A stretch of DNA of 64,000 bases from Mizuhopecten yessoensis (lineage: Eukaryota), in assembly GCF_002113885.1 (NCBI RefSeq), contig NW_018403589.1, forward strand, positions 787,678-851,677. The letters are read 5' to 3'. A program made the translations under genes and the position numbers. Of the stretch, positions 54,701 to 64,000 are shown one piece after another. Position 1 is the first letter of the stretch, and every line of letters begins with the position of its first letter. Under the pieces are notes generated by a model. It searched no databases. It was not told the DNA's origin and saw only the letters and a program-made list of their open reading frames with translations.

Positions 54701-56848
54701 GTACAGGTATACCAGCCCTAGTGGTTAGATCAGTGTATGTACAGGTATACCAGCCCTAGTGGTTAGAGCAGTGTATGTACAGGTATACCAGCCCTAGTGG
54801 TTAGATCAGTGTATGTACAGGTATACCAGCCCTAGTGGTTAGAGCAGTGTATGTACAGGTATACCAGCCCTAGTGGTTAGATCAGTGTATGTACAGGTAT
54901 ACCAGCCCTAGTGGTTAGAGCAGTGTATGTACAGGTATACCAGCCCTAGTGGTTAGATCAGTGTATGTACAGGTATACCAGCCCTAGTGGTTAGAGCAGT
55001 GTATGTACAGGTATACCAGCCCTAGTGGTTAGATCAGTGTATGTACAGGTATACCAGCCCTAGTGGTTAGAGCAGTGTATGTACAGGTATACCAGCCCTA
55101 GTGGTTAGATCAGTGTATGTACAGGTATACCAGCCCTAGTGGTTAGAGCAGTGTATGTACAGGTATACCAGCCCTAGTGGTTAGATCAGTGTATGTACAG
55201 GTATACCAGCCCTAGTGGTTAGAGCAGTGTATGTACAGGTATACCAGCCCTAGTGGTTAGATCAGTGTATGTACAGGTATACCAGCCCTAGTGGTTAGAG
55301 CAGTGTATGTACAGGTATACCAGCCCTAGTGGTTAGATCAGTGTATGTACAGGTATACCAGCCCTAGTGGTTAGAGCAGTGTATGTACAGGTATACCAGC
55401 CCTAGTGGTTAGATCAGTGTATGTACAGGTATACCAGCCCTAGTGGTTAGAGCAGTGTATGTACAGGTATACCAGCCCTAGTGGTTAGATCAGTGTATGT
55501 ACAGGTATACCAGCCCTAGTGGTTAGAGCAGTGTATGTACAGGTATACCAGCCCTAGTGGTTAGATCAGTGTATGTACAGGTATACCAGCCCTAGTGGTT
55601 AGAGCAGTGTATGTACAGGTATACCAGCCCTAGTGGTTAGATCAGTGTATGTACAGGTATACCAGCCCTAGTGGTTAGAGCAGTGTATGTACAGGTATAC
55701 CAGCCCTAGTGGTTAGATCAGTGTATGTACAGGTATACCAGCCCTAGTGGTTAGAGCAGTGTATGTACAGGTATACCAGCCCTAGTGGTTAGATCAGTGT
55801 ATGTACAGGTATACCAGCCCTAGTGGTTAGAGCAGTGTATGTACAGGTATACCAGCCCTAGTGGTTAGATCAGTGTATGTACAGGTATACCAGCCCTAGT
55901 GGTTAGAGCAGTGTATGTACAGGTATACCAGCCCTAGTGGTTAGATCAGTGTATGTACAGGTATACCAGCCCTAGTGGTTAGAGCAGTGTATGTACAGGT
56001 ATACCAGCCCTAGTGGTTAGATCAGTGTATGTACAGGTATACCAGCCCTAGTGGTTAGAGCAGTGTATGTACAGGTATACCAGCCCTAGTGGTTAGATCA
56101 GTGTATGTACAGGTATACCAGCCCTAGTGGTTAGAGCAGTGTATGTACAGGTATACCAGCCCTAGTGGTTAGATCAGTGTATGTACAGGTATACCAGCCC
56201 TAGTGGTTAGAGCAGTGTATGTACAGGTATACCAGCCCTAGTGGTTAGATCAGTGTATGTACAGGTATACCAGCCCTAGTGGTTAGAGCAGTGTATGTAC
56301 AGGTATACCAGCCCTAGTGGTTAGATCAGTGTATGTACAGGTATACCAGCCCTAGTGGTTAGATCAGTGTATGTACAGGTATACCAGCCCTAGTGGTTAG
56401 ATCAGTGTATGTACAGGTATACCAGCCCCGGTGGTTAGAGCAGTGTATGTACATGTATACCAGCCCTAATGGTTAGATCAGTGTATGTACAGGTATACCA
56501 GCCCCGGTGGTTAGAGCAGTGTATGTACATGTATACCAGCCCTAATGGTTAGATCAGTGCATGTACAGGTATACCAGCCCTAGTTGTTAGATCATTGTAT
56601 GTACAGGTATACCAGCCCTAGTGGTTAGAGCAGTGTATGAACAGGGATACCAGCCCTAGTGGTTAGAGCAGTGTATGAACAGGGATACCAGCCCTAGTGG
56701 TTAGAGCAGTGTATGAACAGGTATACCAGCCCTAATGGTTATATCAGTGTATGTACAGGTATACCAGCCCTAGTTGTTAGATCAGTGTATGAACAGGTAT
56801 ACCAGCCCTAGTGGTTATAGCAGTGTATGTACAGGTATACCAGCTCTA
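51711..56848. repeat. Satellite, 38-bp unit (CAGCCCTAGTGGTTAGAKCAGTGTATGTACAGGTATAC), ~135 copies, with 76-bp alternating G/T dimer over ~52500-56330
   Basis: Period 38 (tagtggttag at 52021 and 52059); near-identical copies; strict agagcag/agatcag alternation. Confidence 0.98.
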
Positions 56849-58407
56849 TATGTAATCAATGGCATGTTTTATGCACGAGTAGAGAAGGACCCAACACCTG
56901 GGATATAGGTACTGAACATTCACCTACGACTACACATACACATAAACAAAAACAGAGGTATTTGTTGTCGGTAGAGCGACCATATTAATTAAATCGCAGG
57001 CACAGCCAACGTTTTTGTTTTACTACCAGTGTTTGATTAGCACTGCATGGAAACCGGGATAGTGTGAAGCTTGCTGTAGTTATTGATACAGAAGTTAGTG
57101 ATTTACTGCCCATTCTGGATAGACTTGTAATCTAAATTCAAAATAGAAACAAAAGTGAAAAGGATAAATGTTCTATTATCATGTTCAATATCAGTGCATA
57201 ATAAGTGTTTCTAACTCAACTGACCAAAATGAGATTTTTTTTATTTTATTTTTAAATGATAATAAAAAAATATATAGAATGAATAAACTCTTTAAAATTA
57301 ATAACACTATTTAAAAAAAAAAAAAAATACACTGAGTAGATCATTTATAAGTAGGAAAACTTTTTTTCTTCAAATGAGCAAGACAACGTGTGCTTTTAAA
57401 GTTTTAGTACCCTAGTAATGACCGGAAATGTATATCGAAAATCTCCATAAAGGATAATGCACTTATCGTTAATAGTATCACTTTTTTCCTCTTCAAAATA
57501 TGAGGCAGAGCGTATCATTAGAAAATAGCTACAGTCTGTAGTACCACCAGGATAATATTCAAACGTTCACCTTTACTGGAAACCATAACAAACACAGGGG
57601 GTGTTTTAATCAGGAAAAGAATGCGTTCATCAACCTCGGTCTGACTCTCCACGTGAAGTCGATCTGTTACCTAGTCTCCAAGCCAACTATAACCCTGTAT
57701 CAGTTATGTCGTAGACTTGCCCATTGTTTCTCAGTGGTATCACCCTTTATTTCGTTGTAATTATTCATGACAATACAATATCTACAACTACCACACAGCC
57801 AGTACCACATATCGTCCTTTTTATGACACGACAGATTCCCCTAGCAACAATAGCATCCTTTCCTCCGCATCATCAGATCTACCTATAAATTGCTAATGAA
57901 GAAATCGACTTCTTGCCCCGAACCCATCGATTGTTCCAAATGAACACGAAAGATAGGTACTCGCGTGCACGTTGTGGTCATTCTGCATGTGAAATACCTG
58001 AATAGTGTGTGTATTGGAATTACTTTTAGAGTAACCTTGTCGTTGGCTTTTGACATAGAACATGACTGATGCCCTAGTGAGTGGGAAGACATTTTATAAA
58101 CCATTGTTGGAGAGTACATACAACTAACAATACAGGTAGTCTCTAGATAACTCATACTAACAGGAGGGAAGGAATGTAACATCACGTGGTTAGGTTAACT
58201 GCTTCTAGACATTTTAACTTTCCTTACATTAATGTGTCATGGAGGATATATCAATTTAGAACCGTTGTGATTTACATGACTAGGAAAGGGAAATAAGTGT
58301 GTTTTTGTTTGTAAGAAAGTTACAATAACATTGTACCTGCTCTATACAAGTATCTAGACAATCGTCGATGGTAAATATGTGAGAGGGCTTTCAAAATCTG
58401 TGGAACA

Positions 58408-58662
58408 ATGAGTCTCAACCGGAAACCTTTAAAGGATTTAGAGAAAAACAGTGTGGAGCCCGTAAAAGTGACAAGGAGGGCCTCTAAACAGTCAGTGAAC
58501 AGTATAGATGTGAGAAATGGTTCAAAAGTACCAATATTGAGTAAACAGATTTCCAAACGTTATGTTACCGGAGATTATGAGTCTGGTTCTCACAGAGGAA
58601 GTGTCATAAACAGTCATGATACCGGAAGCGCATCTGCCGAAACTGATATTCCGGAAGCCTAC
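58408..58662 (+). CDS. Putative alternative first coding exon, module D (85 codons, MSLNRKPLKDLEK...ETDIPEAY)
   Basis: acaATG context, upstream in-frame TAA at 58372; Ser/Lys-rich frame; TAC|GTAAGT donor at 58663 in phase 0. Confidence 0.75.
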
Positions 58663-59544
58663 GTAAGTATAGGACACATGATATTGAGAGATGTACATGG
58701 GTTAACAAAATTTCCTTTTAGTCAATTGTTCTTTTGCACCATTCGGAACCCATAATAAAGTTATCAGAGGCAGAGTATGTGCTTTACTGTTTTGAGTTAA
58801 TCGGCTCTAAGCAGGACAAAATTTTATGGATTGCAAACAGCGAACAAAACACGTGCGAGAAGCCATTGTTAAAATGAACCCATGTACAGATTTTTGTGTC
58901 CACTGAAAACCATGCTTACATGTTCCTACGTGGTTCCGAAAGCTTCATTAACTGCTATTTATCATGTTGTTTTAGTATGGAGTATGCACCATGTTTTAAA
59001 TGAGATGTATATAACTACTGATATAAAACAATTGTTTATACGTCTTGAACAAGACAATTAATTTGAATATAAAAACTATGATAATTTTTTAACCTGTTAT
59101 TATCTCATCAGAAGGCACCATGTTGAGCTTCACGCATGATTCCGGAAGTGCATCTGACTGAGCAAGTCATGACTTCTTATGTATATAAAATCTGATGTTA
59201 CATACTTTCGACTATATTAGTATTAATTAGACGGGTATCTTATATACTCATCAGCGGACAAAACATAACGACAAACGTGCTGATCCAAGTAACAAAGAAA
59301 ACATATCGAGCAATCGATCCTGTTTATTTTTAAATGCCTTTTTACAATGACATTTGTTTATAACTGGGATCAGTACTTTTGTTAAGGGGGACAGTTCTTC
59401 CTATTGTACAAGAAAGAGATAAAAGGATAATATTGAAATATTGGCAAATGTTAAAAAAAAGTATATGATATATGAATATTTTCCTAAAAATAAAATTAAC
59501 ACAGTTATCATAGAAATAGTAATAATAACAACAACAAATGATTT

Positions 59545-61530
59545 AAGTTAACCATGTAGTGTAATTAAGTTTTCCAAGGATAAGGGAGATCCATACCAGC
59601 AAGTCTAAGTTAACCTTGTAGAGTAATTAAGTTTTCCAAGGATAAGGGAGGTCCATGCCAGCAAGTCTAAGTTAACCATGTAGTGTAATTAAGTTTGCCA
59701 AGCGTAAGGGAGATTCTTACCAGCAAGTCTAAGTTTACCATGTAGAGTAATTAAGTTTTCCAAGGATAAGGGAGATCCATACCAGCAAGTCTAAGTTAAC
59801 CTTGTAGNNNNNNNNNNNNNNNNNNNNNNNNNNNNNNNNNNNNNNNNNNNNNNNNNNNNNNNNNNNNNNNNNNNNNNNNNNNNNNNNNNNNNNNNNNNNN
59901 NNNNNNNNNNNNNNNNNNNNNNNNNNNNNNNNNNNNNNNNNNNNNNNNNNNNNNNNNNNNNNNNNNNNNNNNNNNNNNNNNNNNNNNNNNNNNNNNNNNN
60001 NNNNNNNNNNNNNNNNNNNNNNNNNNNNNNNNNNNNNNNNNNNNNNNNNNNNNNNNNNNNNNNNNNNNNNNNNNNNNNNNNNNNNNNNNNNNNNNNNNNN
60101 NNNNNNNNNNNNNNNNNNNNNNNNNNNNNNNNNNNNNNNNNNNNNNNNNNNNNNNNNNNGGTCCATACCAGCAAGTCTAAGTTAACCATGTAGTGTAATT
60201 AAGTTTTCCAAGGGTAAGGGAGGTCCATACCAGCAAGTCAAAGTTAACCATGGAGTGTAATTAAGTTTTCCAAGGGTAAAGGAGGTCCATACCAGCAAGT
60301 CTAAGTTAACCATGTAGAGTAATTAAGTTTGCCAAGGGTAAGGGAGGTCCATACCAGCAAGTCTTTGTTAACCATGTAGTGTAATTAAGTTTGCCAAGCG
60401 GAAAGGAGGTCCATACCAGCAAGTCTAAGTTAACCATGTAGTGTAATTAAGTTTTCCAAGGGGAAGGGAGGTCCATACCAGCAAGTCTAAGTTAACCATG
60501 TAGTGTAATTAAGTTTTCCAAGGGTAAGGGAGGTCCATACCAGCAAGTCTTAGTTAACCATGTAGTGTAATGAAGTTTTCCAAGGGTAAGGGAGGTCCAT
60601 ACCAGCAAGTCTAAGTTAACCATGTAGAGTAATTAAGTTTTCCAAGCGGAAGGGAGGTCCATACCAGCAAGTCTAAGTTAACCATGTAGTGTAATTAAGT
60701 TTTCCAAGGGTAAGGGAGGCCCATGCCAGCAAGTCTAAGTTAACCATGGAGTGTAATTAAGTTTTCTAAGGGTAAGGGAGGTCCATGCCAGCAAGTCTAA
60801 GTTAACCATGGAGTGTAATTAAGTTTTCCAAGGGTAAGGGAGGTCCATACCAGCAAGTCTAAGTTAACCATGGAGTGTAATTAAGTTTTCCAATGGTAAG
60901 GGAGGTCCATACCAGCAAGTCTAAGTTAACCATGTAGTGTAATTAAGTTTTCCAATGGTAAGGGAGGTCCATACCAGCAAGTCTAAGTTAACCATGTAGT
61001 GTAATTAAGTTTTCCAAGGGTAAGGGAGGTCCATACCAGCAAGTCTAAGTTAACCATGGAGTGTAATTAAGTTTTCCAATGGTAAGGGAGGTCCATACCA
61101 GCAAGTCTAAGTTAACCATGTAGTGTAATTAAGTTTTCCAATGGTAAGGGAGGTCCATACCAGCAAGTCTAAGTTAACCATGTAGTGTAATTAAGTTTTC
61201 CAAGGGTAAGGGAGGTCCATACCAGCAAGTCTAAGTTAACCATGGAGTGTAATTAAGTTTTCCAAGGGTAAGGGAGGTCCATACCAGCAAGTCTAAGTTT
61301 ACCATGGAGTGTAATTAAGTTTTCCAAGGGTAAGGGAGGTCCATACCAGCAAGTGTAAGTTAACCACGGAGTGTAATTAAATTTTCCAAGGGTAAGGGAT
61401 TTCCATACCAGCAAGTCTAAGTTAATCATGTAGTGTAATTAAGTTTTCCAAGGGTAAGGGAGGTCCATGCCAGCAAGTCTAAGTTAACATTGTAGTGTTC
61501 CGAAGGATTGGGTGATGTAAATACCAGCAA
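59545..61530. repeat. Satellite, 62-bp unit (AAGTTAACCATGTAGTGTAATTAAGTTTTCCAAGGGTAAGGGAGGTCCATACCAGCAAGTCT), spanning an assembly gap
   Basis: aagttaacc at 60427, 60489 and onward; unrelated in sequence to the 37.4-42.3 kb 62-mer. Confidence 0.96.
59808..60159. other. Assembly gap (352 N) inside the satellite
   Basis: Run of N. Confidence 0.99.
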
Positions 61531-63081
61531 TGTAGTTTAGAGGTCAAGTTGATATATGTCAAAGGGAATACTACTTTCTGTAAAATTGTTTCAGACTGTC
61601 CCTTGGTATTTAAGTAAATATGTAAAATAAGTATTATCTTGTGAAACTTAACCGCAACGGCTTATTAAATGATGTACATTGATTATTTCACAGACTGCTA
61701 CGTTCTCTGTAAACATTATACAAACGATTACAAATGCATTTTCTGAAGACATTATAAGATTTATGTTTTCCGTATTAATATTACGATATGAAGTAAGAGC
61801 CGATAACTTTTGCCAAATTATTTATGTACACAAAGAAATCGTCTGCGATGCATTACAACCTTGTTCCATCCTCAATTCACTGGGACTGGGTAATGCTAAA
61901 ACATGGTTGATTATATTACTACATTTTCATAGTAAATCGTATTGATGTCATTGCTTTCAAAAATAAGTTTAACCGAAAATGTCTAGTTTACCCTATAAAA
62001 TAAAACCTTCTGTATAATCAAAGAGTTATCCACATCAGCAAAACATACAAAAGCAGATTTTCCTTGATTTTTCTGTTGTTCATTATACCCTACAACTGAT
62101 ATTGGTGGTCTTATCAGTGATATTTATCTAATAAAACCGCCGTATCTAACACACCATCGTACTAGGATACAATAGTACTCTGATTATTTCTTACAGATCT
62201 TCTAAATCCGTTGCTTCCAAGCTTTTTAACTACAAACGAACGCTACAACAACTTATTAAGATGACCTTAGATTTACCCTTCCGCATGACCTTATTCTTTA
62301 TCCCCATACAACTATGGTCCATCTGGATATATAGTAACTGCCAGTCTAAAATATTATCCAAAATGCAAACCTACGAATGCATTTAATGAAAGGTAATAAG
62401 TATTGATGTAAAACGACTATCAGGTGGCGGTTTATCAGCCCGGACGTCTGAACCTCACTCAACATACTATATATGATAGGTATGTTATGTTGTCTGTAGA
62501 CAAGCATCTAATAGATTAATCTTTGTATGCAAGCACTATTCCCGGTTCGCAATAAGTACTTGGCTTGCTTACTAAGGAAATGCTGATTTATATTCCATGT
62601 TTTCCTTCAGACGGAATACTTACTGATCGCGACTCTGTATTACAATCTTTCCGAATACCATGTAATAATAAGGATACAGCCTGATCGTTTGTATTTGCTT
62701 ACGCAACTTTATATTAATCCTTATAAACAACGTTTTATAACTGGCCTAATTAGTTTATAAGTCATACGCTTATCATTTCCATTCTTATCAGGGTTACATT
62801 CGTATAATGACTCTTTTTAAAAAATGGACGTTATTAAACGTTCATTTTAAGGAAGTCAGAAGGTCTTTTAATCAATCTTGATCATCCTCTCCTCAATTTT
62901 TTTTTTTTGTGACTTTTCTACTCTTTTTACAACCATACCTCATACCATACTAAATGTGTTCGTTCACTGTTTACTAGATCTTTCCTTTCCAAGAAAGGCG
63001 AACGACGAAAACGACACAAGGCTGTAAACAATTTGGGAACATATTTAAGTGGAAAACACGACAAAGGCTTACATGCAATGT

Positions 63082-63360
63082 CCTGATGATGAATTCGTGA
63101 GAATGACAGAGTTCCTCGTTGACGATATCTTTGTTAAGTTCGATGACAGAATAATACAGCAGGCTGAAGGCATTCTCGACGTGCCCATCTTCTGTTTTCA
63201 CCTGCGCCTGAATGATTGAAGAGCCTATCAGGACTATATTGACGATGTATTATTTGTAACTGATAAGAAATTGATTTACCACGATCGTACATATATGCCC
63301 TCAAGAACGTGAAACTTAGAGCAAGATACACCCTTTTACTTCAGCACTTCCCTTGATCAT
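63082..63360 (+). pseudogene. Decayed Penelope-like element reverse transcriptase fragment
   Basis: Frame from 63082 reads PDDEFVRMTEFLVDDIFVKFDDRIIQQAEGI (cf. mollusc PLE RT ..IIKMLEFLIDNIFV.FGG..FQQ..GIPMG, recalled). Downstream frameshifted text resembles IYP.ELEIKDT..SASYLD. Confidence 0.7.
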
Positions 63361-63530
63361 AAGTACCGACAGACGAGATTACAACACGGGGTTTCACGAG
63401 ATGTAGGTTGTAAGTTTTCTGGTCAGCACTGAGACCTCATTCGGAAATAGACTATTTCCTGGTATGATATGAAGGTCGATGTTTCTGATAACTTGGATTT
63501 GACCAAGATTTAATGGCGGGTGTCGTCGAT

Positions 63531-63924
63531 GAGACAGAAGACACTAATCCTCTTGAGACAGAAGACACTAATCCTCTTGAGACAGAAGACACTAATCTCT
63601 TGAGAGAAAAGACACCCTCTTGAGACAGAAGACACTATTCCTCGTGAGACAGAAGACACTAATCTCTTGAGACAAAAGACCCCCTCTTGAGACAGAAGAC
63701 ACTAAGCCTCTTGAGACAGAAGACACTAAACCTCTTGAGACAGAAGACACTATCCCTCTTGAGACAGAAGACACTAAACCTCTTGAGACAGAAGACACTA
63801 TTCCTCTTGAGACAGAAGACACTAATCTCTTGAGACAAAAGACACCCTCTTGAGACAGAAGACACTATTCCTCTTGAGACAGAAGACACTAATCTTCTTG
63901 AGACAGAGGACACTAATCTCTTGA
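63531..63924. repeat. Minisatellite, 23-24 bp unit (GAGACAGAAGACACTAATCCTCTT), ~17 copies, embedded in a retroelement 3' segment
   Basis: Direct repeats flanked by ggcgggtgtcgtcgat and gaacaccctgtcttattttcc. Confidence 0.93.
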
Positions 63925-64000
63925 ACACCCTGTCTTATTTTCCTTATTAACTATCAAAGGTTTCTATTTAAATATTTCTTTGTTAATAATTTGGTCTAGT

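Noticed and set aside
59735-60189. ORFs of 143 and 132 aa
   Set aside because: Artefacts of the N gap
17677-61530. CRISPR-like appearance of the 37-, 38- and 43-bp arrays
   Set aside because: Units are head-to-tail with no unique spacers, there are no cas genes, and the context is eukaryotic
61694-61792. Phase 0-0 candidate constant exon (TATFSVNIIQ...LRYE|GTAAGA)
   Set aside because: Very AT-rich, weak polypyrimidine tract and no recognisable motif; cannot be supported without RNA data
63080-63100. CTGATGA as a hammerhead ribozyme core near the Penelope relic
   Set aside because: Lies inside the RT coding remnant; no flanking helices or correctly placed GAAA seen

Overview
AT-rich eukaryotic genomic DNA, most likely bivalve mollusc and possibly scallop. 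This is inferred from SINE/MITE types recognised from memory, not from a database search. There are no operons, CRISPR arrays, rRNA or intact tRNA genes. About 18 kb (~28%) lies in ten separate tandem arrays with units of ~18-80 bp, one containing a 352-N gap. The rest is intron/intergenic DNA with decayed SINEs, MITEs, a LINE 3' end and a Penelope-like RT relic. All credible coding signal is on the + strand. It forms four mutually unrelated, ATG-initiated, low-complexity modules (27709-27738 joined to 32869-33798; 44566-44664; 46727-48769; 58408-58662), each ending at a phase-0 GT donor. This fits one gene with an array of alternative first coding exons whose shared constant exons probably lie beyond the window. 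Other notable structures are an inverted pair of ~120-bp tRNA-containing elements (one with TG..CA ends and a 4-bp TSD), a 5-kb satellite whose unit resembles a tRNA A-box/D-arm, two minisatellites apparently seeded by the same retroelement 3' motif, and two long fold-back palindromes.
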